From Lama glama (Eukaryota), in the NCBI GenBank assembly GCA_028534125.1, contig CM052817.1, positions 94,180,001-94,244,000 on the forward strand: a stretch of DNA of 64,000 nucleotides, in the 5' to 3' direction. The translations under genes and the position numbers were made by a program. The first letter of the stretch is position 1; each line of letters opens with the position of its first letter. The notes below the pieces were generated by a model that had not been told where the DNA came from, did not search any database, and saw nothing but the letters and a program-made list of their open reading frames with translations. Shown in pieces: positions 13,306 through 25,795 of the stretch.

Positions 13306-14022
13306 CAAGATAACTTGATGAGAACTTTCAACTATGTATTTTGGGTAATTTGTTGAAAATTCATAACTGAAAACCTGCTGTTCTGCTTTTAGCATTTGAA
13401 ATCCCTTGGCAAGGAGAAATTTTTCTCGGAACAGTTCTTTTGAAGGGCCTCAAAAAGTTAATTCTTCTGGCACGATGTCTTTTCTGAACTTTTTGGGTCA
13501 TTTCAGTATTATGCTGATGTATCTAAAACATGGATTCTGACTTGGATAACAGTAGACTTCTGGCAGACATGAGCGTGTCAGATGTCTTGGCACAGTTTTG
13601 GGGTAGAAGGGGACTTTCCCACTTCTTTGTGAAATCCACAAGCATCATATGTGGGAGTTGGATGAAATTTCTTCTGTTACACTGAAATGCTTAGCTTTTT
13701 ATACCGGACGTGCTGCTCCATGAAAACAGGCTCTGTTGTATGTCTGTATATATTTAAATGAAATGAAAAAGAAAAGTGAAATCTAAGAAATGCCTTCAGG
13801 TTACAGTGGTGATCATTTTTAGGCCGTGTTCCTGTGCTCTGAAAGATCTCTTTGAAGTCAGGTGATGGGTACTTGGAACACAGCTTTCCATAGAGACAAC
13901 AGTATAGTATGTGTGCTGCTCAAGTTTCCAGACCAGCCCTCAAAGCATATTTAACTCATTGTATGCTAACATGCTTTGCAGCAAAGGGGCAATGCTTGTA
14001 GCATATCAAAGCACTGTTTAAC

Positions 14023-14258
14023 AGGGGAGGGATAAGTTAGGAGTTCGGGATTAACAGGTACACACTACTATGTATTAAATAGATAAACAGGGACCTACTG
14101 TATAGCATAGGGGACTGTATTTAATATCTTATAATAACTTATAATGGAAAAGAATCTGAAAAAGAATATATATATGTATGTATAATGGAATCACTTTGAT
14201 GTACACCTGAACTTACTAACACAACATTGTAGATCAACTAGACTTCAATAAAAAAAAT
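14023..14258 (+). mobile_element. L1 3'UTR fragment, probably inserted in an old Tigger-like fossil
   Basis: ggggagggataagttaggagttcgggattaac...caactagacttcaataaaaaaa; degenerate TSD aaagcactgtttaa / aagaacagtttaa. Confidence 0.85.
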
Positions 14259-14551
14259 TTCTAAGAACAGTTTAATGATAGTCAACCTGCAGCCCATTTC
14301 AATGCTAGAAAGTAAAATGGAAAAAAAATTTTTCAATGAGTTAGAATGCATTTTATTTTTCCTCAAAGGTGGGTTTTGAGGAAAAGTAGCTCTAGAGAGA
14401 CTTGGCTTGCTGGAAGGGCCGCAGGTGAACCTGAAGACGTGCTACATAGCAGTTTGGAGCATCTTAAACAAGTAAATCAACCTCTCGAGCCTCAGTTTGT
14501 TCAGATGTGGTAAAGTAGGTGAGAGGATCAGAGCAGAAAGTGTACATGGTG

Positions 14552-14680
14552 CAGGGAGGGTGTAGCTCAGTGGTAGAGAGCATACTTGGCATGCACGAGG
14601 TCCTGGGTTCAATCCCCAGTACCACCATAAAAAATAAATAAATAGATGTAATTACTCTCCCCTCCCCACTAAAAACAAAC
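14552..14680 (+). mobile_element. Vic-1-like SINE, long-tail form
   Basis: gggagggtgtagctcagtggtagagagcatacttggcatgcacgaggtcctgggttcaatccccagtacc plus tail. Confidence 0.9.
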
Positions 14681-14839
14681 CGAGATTAAATTGGAGTCAG
14701 GAAAAAAAATCTTATAAGAAGTTTAAAAAAAAGTATGCTTGAAGGAGATTCATAAACTGTAAAGCTCTATACAGAGATAACGGTGTAAATTCTGGTTCTT
14801 TCCTAAATTGTGAAAGTTCTGTGGCTTGGCTTTTCTTTT

Positions 14840-14985
14840 ACTTTTGTTGTTGTTGTTGTTGTTGGGAGAAGGTAATTAAGTTTACTTATTTATTTGTTTT
14901 TGGAGGAGTAACTGGGGATTGAACCCAGGGCCTTGTGCGTGCTAAGCATGCGCTCTACCACTTGAGCTATATCCTAACCCCCACC
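14840..14985 (-). mobile_element. Vic-1-like SINE, long-tail form, perfect 15-bp TSD
   Basis: TSD cttggcttttctttt at 14825-14839 and 14986-15000; the tail contains (TTG)n. Confidence 0.93.
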
Positions 14986-17429
14986 CTTGGCTTTTCTTTT
15001 TCTTGACACAAGTGTATTGCTAACACAGCTCTGTTACTAGACAATTAGTAAGATCCCATTTAGCTCACAGACCCAATAAATGCATCTTTACTTTGACTCA
15101 TTTGGAAGACAGTAACATTTGCTCTTCTGAGACGGTTGGCTGGGATTTCCGAAGTAATCTCTCCGTCACCTCTCGCTCATTTTTCTAGTCTCTAAACCTC
15201 TCCTGTTCTTTCCTTGTCAGAGTATCTCTTTCTTAATCACCTTCTCGAGTTTCAGGTTGCATACCAGGACTTGGGCTCTAGGATGGCTTCCCAGTGGCCC
15301 TGGCCTCTCTCTGACCTGTGCCTCTGGCCTCAGACCAGCTCTGCACTGTCGGCAGCCCCTGCAGGTGACCACCTGTGACGAGGGGGGCCCTCTTCTGCTC
15401 AGAGTCTCACTGGTCGCTAAACAGAGGAGGCCTATCTGGAGGGGCCACAGCCTTGCAGCCGTATTTTTGATGTGACAGGCATGGCCCTGGGCCCTGATGC
15501 TAGGAGTGAAATTCTAAGTGCTCTAGGCCTGATCCCCCAACCCAGGCACTTTTCTGGTGGATGTGGTGTTAGGAATGTAAGTGGGGACTCAGTGGCCATC
15601 ACAGAGCAAAGCTTCCCCAGTCCCCGCCTCATTTGTTGGGGCAGGTCGGGGTGGGACTGCTTGTACACATTAGGATTCACAGGAACCCACCAGAGAGGCA
15701 AATCAAAAGGGGCTTGTTAAAGTATTATTTTATGTGTCAAAGTTATACCTTTCAGGTCTCACCAGAATCATAACACTTAATATGGGAAGCAGCCGTAGAG
15801 GTCAGGAAGTAACAGCTTATTCATGTTGGAGGGGAGAAATCTTGAGCTGGACTGGTTAACTGATTGCAAGTGTCCCCTGCCTTTGAATCTTGGGTCCTTT
15901 CATAGGATGTCCTTAGGGCTACATCTGGGTCTTGCTCCCCGCTCTGTTCTCTCTGTAATGTTGAAGCTGATTTTGCACAGCTGTGTGGTGAGATTCTGGA
16001 TTCTGCCTAACAGTCTGCAAAGACCAGAAATGAAGTCAGGGGTAGCGTCCTGTACCACCTCTGATTCCCTTCTGCTGAAGAGAGATTTCATAAGACATTA
16101 AACAAGACAATTAGTAGGAGCGATGGGCACAAGAAATATGACACAGTTTCTGCTCTCTTAGAGCTTACAATACTGTATTATCTTACATTGTTAGAGGAGC
16201 CAGTTCTGGGCCGTGAAGCACCCACTGAATTGGGTATTAGTGTTTCTTCTGCTGATTCTAATTAAGATTTGGAAAAGATCAATTCATTCTTGGGCCTTAG
16301 GTTTCTTATCCATAAAATGAGGAGATTCAAATCTGAAGCCTTTCTATCTGCACATTTCATGAGTCAGAGTCTCATGATCCTTTCTTATTTCATCATCAGT
16401 CTTTTGATTCCTTTTATTCTTTTTATTTCAAGACATTCTTAACCACAACATAGATGCTAGTTAATTTATATGCTGGTGTGTGATAGGCAACTTAGCAATT
16501 TATAGGACCACAGACTGGAAAGAGTGGGCAAATGTCTCATGGTCCATTTCTTCAATTTTAAGGCAGGGTAGATCCCAAACCGATGTAAAATAATTTGGAT
16601 TACTATACACCTCATTTGTAAAATAGAATATACCTGCTTTTGAATATTCAAAGACTTAGAGGATGAGTATCATAAAAGCTTTTGATTTTCCAAAGAGATT
16701 GGACCACAGAATTCTTTCCCATGAGTTCCTCTAGTGCATTTAAAATGTAGTATGATTTGCAGAGGCTTAGTTTATGTGCACCAGAAATATCCGGTTCTGT
16801 GTATTTACAATTCAGAGTTCTCTGCAGCAGTGCTGAGAACGCACACACAAAATATACTTTCTGTTACCTAATTGGAATTTTCTCTGGTTTAGGAAGGTTT
16901 TTTTTTTTCCTCCTGTTTTGTTAGAATTTTACTGACCTGTCACCCCTCTCTGTTCCTCCCAGTCATCCAGGCAGCGTTCATTTGTGAAACAATAGCTGAA
17001 ATAAGGGAGCTTAGCAGTAGCGGTGGGATCCCGCCCAGTTAGGGGATGGACCTGTGCCGGAGGGAGATGCTTTGTGTGGCGGCAGGAACATGGACGGTGT
17101 ACAGATCTCTTCACTAGCATTATGTGAGGTCCCTAACCCCTTGGAATCTGTTTTTCATTTGGAAAATGGGAACTGTAATAATAATGCTGAAATCACATGA
17201 CAGATGAGAACATTTATCTTCTCTGAAATGGCTGACATAATGAGGTACTCATTGAAAGTTAGCTCTCTGCCCTTCCCCTCCAACCCCTAGAGCAGCCAGG
17301 AAGCAGCAACAGAATCGTAGTCTGTGGAGTAGCGGAGCTGAGACCTTCCTGAGTTTAAGTCACTGAGGGCCGCGGACACCAGCAGGATTCAGCACGGGGT
17401 GGCCCTGTGTGTGGTGAAGCCATTGGCCT

Positions 17430-17640
17430 CCAGAACCGGAGAGCCTAGGGTCAGCTATACCAGCTCTGTGATCTTGGGAAAGACACTTATTAGTTCACTG
17501 CCTCAATTTTCCCAATCTGTAAACTGGGGCTAATAGCACTTAACCTCGTGGGGTTGTTGGAGATCCCATGGGTTAATTTGGGTGCAGTACAGGGAACAGT
17601 CCCTGGCACATAACAAGGCCATGTTTACTACAGTCTATTA
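17430..17640 (+). mobile_element. MIR
   Basis: agctctgtgatcttgggaaagacactt...gcctcaattttcccaatctgtaaactggggctaatagcac core. Confidence 0.75.
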
Positions 17641-19711
17641 CAATGAAAAGCTTTTTTTTTTTCTTGATAGTGTGTAATGCCAGCTTTCAAAACCTTACGT
17701 GAAACGGCTGTAGGCTTTACAATGAGAACTGATACTTTCCATCGAGGAGGCCATTGTTTCTGCACAGGGCTTGGCCAGTTTCTTTAACAGGAGACAGATT
17801 TGCTCTTAGAAGTCTGCCCGGGTCTTTTATCTCTCCCTGTCTGTCCACTCTGTGCAGCTTTTGTAATGAATGTGGAGCAGTTGAAGTCACTGACTTGGGT
17901 GCAGGCCAGGCCAGCGTTTCCGTGGGCATATATCACTTTCCAAGACCAGTCCTGAGCAGGATGATGGAAATCAGAGAGACGGGGAAGCTGGCCTTCTAGG
18001 CAGCCTGCATGAAAGGTGTGTTTACTATCTTCTCGTATTGATGCTGATGGATCAGAATCTTACTTAGTATCTCGGTGAATGTTTTTCCCTCTTACCTTAC
18101 AACCTTTATCTCTTCTTTTGAGCTGTCATTTTGCTTGTTCTCTGGTTAGAGAGACTAGCGTTGATGTGTTATGGCTCTTCCTCTACTGTTGTTTTACTGT
18201 GGAAAATCTTCTCTTTAGTTAACTAAATATTTATTTAAGGCAGGTAAAATTTCTCCATAGAGCTGTCTATTTTTGTAGAGTATATTGTCTTTTTCCCCCC
18301 CTCTAAATAAAATAACCCTGGGGGGGATGTGCTCGTTGAAATAGCAAGTGAAAGTGTGTTTCGCTCAAGAATAGTGTCACTTGAGAACACACTTTTATTT
18401 TCTGCTCTGCTTTTGTATTTGGGGCTTGGGAAACTGTTTTTATTATTTTGGAAAAGCGATGGAATTTTATCATTTTCCTGAAACTCCCTACCTTCTCCTT
18501 TCCTGAAAGATTTCTTTTGAAGTCCTGTTTTGCTCTGTTAAGAGGTTCCATCACTTAAAGAGTACAGAAGCTGGCTTGCTTTAGGCCTTTCTGATGGTCT
18601 GTTGGCTTTATAAAAGAGACTGAGAAACAGGAGTTGGAGGATCATATGACTGCTAGTGTGAAATCAGGGGCAGTGATTTGTTTCCCTGAGCTGTTATGAT
18701 TTTTTTTTTTCTGTATCTGCAAACAAATGTGTGTCCTCCGACCTTGTTGGGCATTGTGACTAGGATGGGAGAGATGTTCTCTAGTTTTAAACTTTATTCC
18801 GACTTCTGTTCCCTAATTGTGGGGGGTTTCTGTGGTTTTAGTAACTCCCGTTGTGAAATAGGAACTGATACCTAGTACAGTTTAGCAACTGCTAAATTGT
18901 GACATGCACACATTTCTTTTTAACTTAACAGTTGTTTTCTGCTGTTTTCTCAGTTTGAAAGCAGTAATTGTGAATTCAAATTCCAGGAAATATTTTTCTT
19001 CCATAGTGATATGTCACAGGTGTTTGAGTGCTACACACAGCCCCCACTCCATTTCTAATGTCAATTTAGTGGTGGTAAAGCATGGGTAATAGCTGTGGGT
19101 GTCAGAAATCTGGACCCTCTCCCCAGGGGCTCCGTATCTCCCTCCATATGTTACGGTACCTCCTGATATTTCTGAAATGTGCACTGTCAGAGCACAAGGA
19201 CATGGTGTGCTTTAATATGGGAGTTTCTGAGATCTTTTATATATGCTTTGGACATAAAGTAGCTGGCACAAACTGCATTCTGCATCCTCTTACAGAGCAC
19301 AGTAAAGGGAGAAAGTTGTGCTTTTAGGGTCATGATCTTCTTTATATAGTCTCTCTCTTTTAAAAATAATATTTTTTTATGATATTTGAAAACGCTGAGA
19401 AGAAAATGAAAATTACTTGTAATTTTACCACTCAGAGCTATTGAGGTATTTACTTCCAGACTAATTTTCTCTACTTATGTATATGGATGTGTAGTTATCC
19501 TTTTATACGGATGCCTATAAACCTTTTTGAAATCTGGTTTTTAAAAAGCAAAATATATATATGAGAACCTTTTTCACATCCCAGAAATATTCTTTGAAAA
19601 TTGGATTTTAAATGGCTGCACAGTTTGGCATCCGTTGTAGTTTGGCTCTGAGAATACAAAGAGATGTGCCAAAGAAAAAAGTCCATTTTGGGGCTGAGGT
19701 CTTCCCTCCTA

Positions 19712-19975
19712 ATTTTATTTTTTAATTTTTTCAAGTTGAAGTACAGTTGATTTATAGCATTGTATTAGTTGACAGCAAAGTGTACAGCAAAGTCATTTAG
19801 TTATACATAAATATCTATTCTTTTTCAGATTCTTTTTCCATTATAGGTTATTACAAGATACCATATTTATTTCCCTGTGCTATACAGTAGGTTCTTGTTG
19901 TTTATCTATTTTATATATGTTAGCGTATATATGTTAATCCCAAACTCCTCGTTTATCCCTCCCCTGCCTTTCTTC
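19712..19975 (-). mobile_element. L1 3'UTR fragment
   Basis: ttcagattctttttccattataggttattacaag...ttccctgtgctatacagtagg...aatcccaaactcc. Confidence 0.85.
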
Positions 19976-21789
19976 CTAATTTTAAAAATAATTGGTTTAA
20001 AAAAGTAATTGAGAACGTGTTAATTTTGTGCTTTGCTCAAGATAAACCTATTTATTCTTTGCCACATTTTTGTAACAATACATTTTCTTTATTGAATTCT
20101 TGGTATAACAACAATTATAGTAATTAATTTTTAATTAGCCATTTATAGCTAATTAAACAAGGGAACTTTTCAAAAATGAACTTATCCTATTTTAAAAAAC
20201 CAAACCAATTTTGAAATAGTTCTTGCTTTTAAACTTGAAATAAGGTTAACATTTTTTGCAGCTGAATTTTGGGTTCACCTACCAGTTGGTACCATTGGCT
20301 CTGCTGTAATTTGGGGGTGAACTGGACTTACCTTGAGCCTCCAGGCTGTACAGGACGGGAGAGGCCAGGCAGTCAGGGAAACAGAGCCAGATGGTCCTGT
20401 GAGGGGTACCAGGCCCCCTGCAGAGATGGACACTGCACCTGACAGCCTGGGGCCAGCAGCATGTGTTGGTGTCTTTGTTCACCCTTTCCTGGAGAGAGGA
20501 GCAGCTCTTCCCCTCTGCTGGCATATTTGGAAACTGCTCTGCAGGCCCTGTTCAGCATGGCGTAGCAGGTGCCCAGGCCGTTCATGTCTGATGGGCAGTG
20601 GGGGTGGAGGTGGTGGCAGAGCTGGGACCGAGTTGGCAGCTCCTGTGGCTGTCTCACGAAATCCACATTCTGGCATTCTCCAAGTCTTTCAAAGGAATCT
20701 GAGTAAGTCATTTAACCTTGTGTCATTTTGGTTTACTTGGCATTGAGAGAGGAGTAGTAATGACACCAAATGGAGCCGTCAATCAGTGGGTCTCAGTGGC
20801 GCTTTGCAGCTTGAAAATTGAAACCTACAGCGCAGAGTCATCTCTGAAAATCATCCTAGAATTGACTAGTGGCTTGTCCTTGACACGCGGGAGCTGACGT
20901 GGGCAGAACAAGCTGGAGAGTCACGTGTCCCTGAGTTTACGTATCTGTGTAGCTACTTAGGAGCAGTATGACTTTGGGCACATTTCTTAATCTCTCTGAA
21001 CCTCATCCTTAAAAAATGATGAGAATTATAATTGCTTTCAAGATAAAATGAGAGCTTGTATTTTATAAGTGAATGGCCCAGAGTACGCTTTCATGGTGAT
21101 GATGGATTTGCTCCAAGTCATCTGACTGCTGTGTGGGTTCCTGATTGATTATTGATCATTCGGTAGACCTCCAGCCTGACCGAGACGGAAGGTTGCAAGC
21201 ACAGCCTTAAAGCCCTCTCTGGATGAAGAGGAGGGGTCTTTTGTTTGTTTGTTTTTGTTTTTGTTTTTTAATTTCAAGAGGCTCAAGCCAACTTGATAAT
21301 TTTAACTGCAGTATTAGTAAACTCTTCAAATAAACATAAAACAAAACACAATCAAACACACACATACATACATAAACCACTGCAATAAGACCTTCACACA
21401 AGGGCAATGCATCTCTGGTTTAAGGCAACCATGTTTGTAGCTTAATTATAACAAATTAACATCTAAATGATGATTTAATGTTATGTCTAGCATTTGATGC
21501 ACATTTAAATGCGTGGTCAAAACCCTGAAAACCCAATTCAGCACCAATGATACCTTATCAGTAGCAAATTCCTATTTTACTTCTGTAGTGCACATACTTC
21601 TGGTGTCTACTGTTGAAATAAATTTACTTCTTACTGTAAATATCAGAGGACTGTACCTGTTGCCTTTATAAAAATAATTTACCTTGAATAAATATTCAGA
21701 TTTTCCTTTCTTGACAAACCAGAATGAGAATTGTTTCCCCTTCTGCATACAGCCTCCTCATGCATTGAGCTAAACTTGAAAATGTAAAG

Positions 21790-22170
21790 CTTTATAAAGA
21801 GATGGCCCAAAACACAGTGACTTAAGTTAAAAGGTTGGGGGGCTTTTTCCTTCTCTTTCTGTCTCAGGACAATCCAGATGGTCTGTACTGGTCCAGGACT
21901 AGTAGGGCACCTCAGCAGACAGGCTCTTTGCCATATAGTTTCTCTGCCATCCCGTGGGTGCTGCTCCCACCTCACAGTAGAAGGTGACTCACCATGACCT
22001 CTTTTCAGCCAAGAGAAGGGAGACAATCTCCATGTTGGACAGATCACTTTCACTCACATCCTATTAGCCAGAACAGAGACACATGACCCCAGCTAGCGGT
22101 AAGGGAGCCTGGAAAATGTCATCCGTAGCAAGCCAGACACCCTGTGAAGGCTGCGGTTACTGCAGACCAG
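21790..22170 (-). mobile_element. MaLR (MLT1-like) LTR fragment
   Basis: atcactttcactcacatcctattagccagaac...cacatgaccccagctagcggtaagggagcctggaaaatgt. Confidence 0.6.
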
Positions 22171-22189
22171 GAGCTGGCAAGCAGTGGTC

Positions 22190-22392
22190 TGAGCATCAGA
22201 TCAGCCAGCGACGTGTCGTTGTAAAATGAAATTGTATGGGGATAAGGCCATGCCCAGTCACGTTTACGAATGTTCTGCAGCTGCCTTCCCATTACAGTAG
22301 AAGAAGTGAGCGGTTGTGCCTGAGACCTTATTGCCAGCAAAGCCTAAAGTATTGACTCTCTGGTGCTTTACAGATGTTTGCTGACCTCTGCT
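22190..22392. mobile_element. MER58-like hAT fossil
   Basis: gcaaagcctaaagtattgactctctggtgctttacagatgtttgctgacctctg terminus. Confidence 0.7.
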
Positions 22393-22649
22393 ATAGAAAA
22401 GGGGGCAAGGAGTGTTAGGGGAGCAGCTGGTAGTCTGGTAAGCAGATGAGTCACTGCCTTGGAAATGCAGAGTTAGGAGGTGGCTCTTGTGAAGATTCAT
22501 GACCCATGGGGAGTAGGGGATATATGGGTGGTCATTGAAAAAGCAACATGAGGAAAGATTTAAGGAGCCAGGTGTGAAGTGCCCTGGTGGAGGTGAAGTG
22601 GGACGTACAGAGGTTGGTTACGGAAGTGAGCTTCCATCTTTACAGCGGA

Positions 22650-23420
22650 GCATCCGCACTCAGGAACCTCCCCCTGTTCCTGCAGCCCACTTTTCGGTCT
22701 TGCCCTTGACACTTGCTGCATCTTCACTCCATTACCATAGGTCAGATCTTCTTTTCCCATTGCCTTCTCACTGGTCTCCCTGCACAGAGCCTCAGCCTCC
22801 TCCAAACCCTCCAAGGTCGCCGCCTGTAAGTGTGACTCGTACGTTACTCCTCTTTAAAAAAACATCTTCCTGTGGGCCCCATTACCTACGCAATAGAGGC
22901 CCACCTCCCTGGTTGGTCACTCCAGGTCTTCGCACACTTTAGCACTAATCTTGCTTTCCTATCCTGTTCTCCTTCCCAGCCTTACACACACCCGGGTCTC
23001 CAGCCTCGCAGAAATACCTCAGGTCTAGTCTGTACTTGGCCGTCTCCATGTATTTCCTCCTGTGGTTTCCTTAGCTTCCCTCTGGTGAAAGGCTTTGGGG
23101 ACCTGGGCTACAGTGACAGGGTAGGCACGTTCACAGCTGGGCAGATGGGGGTCCCAGCCTCATTTTGGCGCCTCCCACATTTAGAGTTTCCTTTCCAGCT
23201 GGGCCCCTTCTTCCAACCTAAGGAGGTAAGCTCTCCCTCGTTGAACACTCATAGTGCTTGGTTTCTGCCTCCTATGGCACTCACTACTTTCCGTGTGGCG
23301 TTAGAGGCATCCCGTGTCTGTTTCTGGTCTTGCAGAGGCCATGAGGTCCTGAGGCTGCGTCCAGATCTGACCGAGCCCTGCCATCTTCACTGTCACCTCA
23401 TAGGTGTTGGTCAGTGGTAC
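22650..23420 (+). mobile_element. Degraded L2
   Basis: Pyrimidine-rich L2-like blocks such as ctcactggtctccctgc and tgtgactcgtacgttactcctctttaaaaa. Confidence 0.5.
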
Positions 23421-25369
23421 GGGATGCTCTCTCCAAACAGTGCCATCTGCCGATGAATGCCCCTCCCGAAAAACGGAATTGACTTCCCTGGAGGAGTTCA
23501 GGTGCAAATGTAAACAGGGCTCTAATAGTTACGTTAAAAAGGAGTACCACTTAAGATTTTCAAGACCCAGAGCAATTTTTAGCTAGTTTTTAGAGAGAGG
23601 ACACTGCATTGTAAAAGTGTTTTCTTATGACCTGAGGCAGTATTTGAATGCTTTCATATTTGGAAGTTTCAGGCAAGTTCCTTGAAAGCCAAAGCTGAGC
23701 CAGAAATCAGACAGCACTTGTATGAGGCATGAGGGGCAGGGGAGCACGTGGGCAGGACCACCTGAGTGCAGGAGATCTGCCACCTGCAGAAAAGCCACTC
23801 GGTCCTCTCCCAGCGCAGGACTGGAGCCTTTCCTAACTGGTGCTATCGGAGATGTACCTTAATACCTTGAAGGTCCGTCTAAAATCACCACCTTTTACTC
23901 ATTGAAGGTAGCGTTTTCATAGCTCCATCTTTCCACAGCCACTCATCCAATGTCAGAAAAGCTTTTATTTTTTAGAAATGATGCCTCCATGGAACACCAA
24001 CTCCTTCTTCTTCCTCTGTCTTTTTAACCAAGCCTAGAATGATCATGACATAACTTGCTGATGCTGGCAAAGAATTCATGCTGTTCACTCATCCATCTCC
24101 TGTTAATGAAAACCTAGTGGAGTTGGCGAGGGTGGTGGGAAACAGAGGGATAAGCATGCATCTTAAATGTATATTCAGACCTTCTGGAAGGACTGGAAGG
24201 AAAGATACCAGCTAGACAAAGTGCTCTGGCCCCACCTGTGAGTTCAAGTTGATGCTCAGAGCCCACCTACAAGTAGTGGTTACAGCCCCCTCTGACAGAG
24301 GGATGTTGGAAAGGAGGAAAGGGAAGGGCCTTTTTTTCTTCTGGTCTATGCATTGTGCAATTGTTAAAGCATAAAACCATTTATTCTGGAATTTTGACTC
24401 AAGCTTAAATTAGGATGAAAAGCCATTGCCAAAGTTACTGCTTTCCTTCCATCTCCTGACTCTCCTTGTACATGTGACCCTGGTCCAGTGCCTGGTGCAG
24501 TAGTTGGCAAACAGTAAGCCTTCAATATGTTATCTGTTGAAGGAATAAATAAATGGACCCTGGCACTTAATTGTAAGAGCTGTCTGGAAGATTACATGGA
24601 TCCTTCAGCAAAATAATGAAATGTCCCCCTCCTCCCTCCACCCTGCCAACCTCCTCCAGTACATGCGTCCCTGGCACCCCTCCTGGTCTGGGTGTAAACG
24701 TTCAGGAGGGGTGAAGGAGTGCAGCCTCCTGTTGCTGAAAGGAAAACCCCAGCGTTGGGCAAGAGTGTCATGGCCCCTGTCATAATAAGCCTGATATTAA
24801 ACTCAGCCAATATGAGTTCGTTTTGAGTTAATCCTGTGTCTTACAGCACTGGATTGAGGTACAGTTCTGGGCTTTGCGTGTAACAGAATAGACTTTTGGA
24901 AAGGAAGTAAAACGTTTCAAGCAGAAGTCTCTTTCAACTTGGTCTGCTGTCTGATTCGTTTGAAGTTTGTGGGTGGAGGGTTCTACAAATTTTGATCTGC
25001 AACAAACAGTAGATTGATGGTATTTATGAGCAAATGAAATAGAATATATATCCCTTATTTTTGAGCTCATAATATTTCTGCTCTGGGTATGTAAGCGATA
25101 ACACAGCAGAAACATCTCAATCAGAGGGAGGTAATTTGCAAAGTGACCTGGAGTGGACACTGCCGTGTAGTGGGCCGGTGTTTGAATGTTGCATCACAGG
25201 GACCTGCAGCTGATCATCGCACCGTCCTTTGCTGTTCTTTGTCACTCAGTCCTCCCAGTCTGTGTTTCTTCATCTGGAAAATGGGAATAGTAACCATACT
25301 TTCCTTAGGGGCTCATTAATGAGGTAATTCGTGGAAGACTGTCAGAACAGTGCTACATCCAGTGCTTGC

Positions 25370-25795
25370 ACCAGTGATGCTAAAACCAATGCCATTGGAA
25401 CAAAGAGACCCCAAAGCACAGTGAGTTAAAGAAGATATGTGATTTAGTGGCATCCAGGCTTGCAGGGCAAGACAATCAGGCTTGTGGCAGAAATCCAGAG
25501 ACCCAGTTTCCTTCTTCCTCGTTAGAACACCCTCCCCCCATCTCAGAGTCCATCCACATGGTCAGAGCGAGGTCGTGGGCACCTCTGTGTCCAAGCCTGA
25601 GGCAGAGGGCGAAAGGGTATAGAGGCATCACATCATGTCTTCAGGCCCTGACACCCCTGCACTCACTCTCTGTTAGGGAGAATCAAGTCACCTGGCCACA
25701 TCTGGCCACCAGAGATGCTGGGAGTGGAATTTGTAGCTAGACGACATGTGCCCAGTTGGAAGACATTGACGGTGGAAGAACAGAACAGACTTGGG
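25370..25795 (-). mobile_element. MaLR (MLT1-like) LTR, preceded by a MIR at ~25230-25365
   Basis: acaaagagaccccaaagcacagtgagttaaa...gtcacctggccacatctggccaccagagatgctgggagtgg. Confidence 0.55.

Noticed and set aside
22535..23456. 135-aa and 194-aa ORFs, the latter the longest in the window
   Set aside because: Non-ATG starts, no recognisable domain, and they overlap degraded L2-like GC-richer sequence where stops are rarer.
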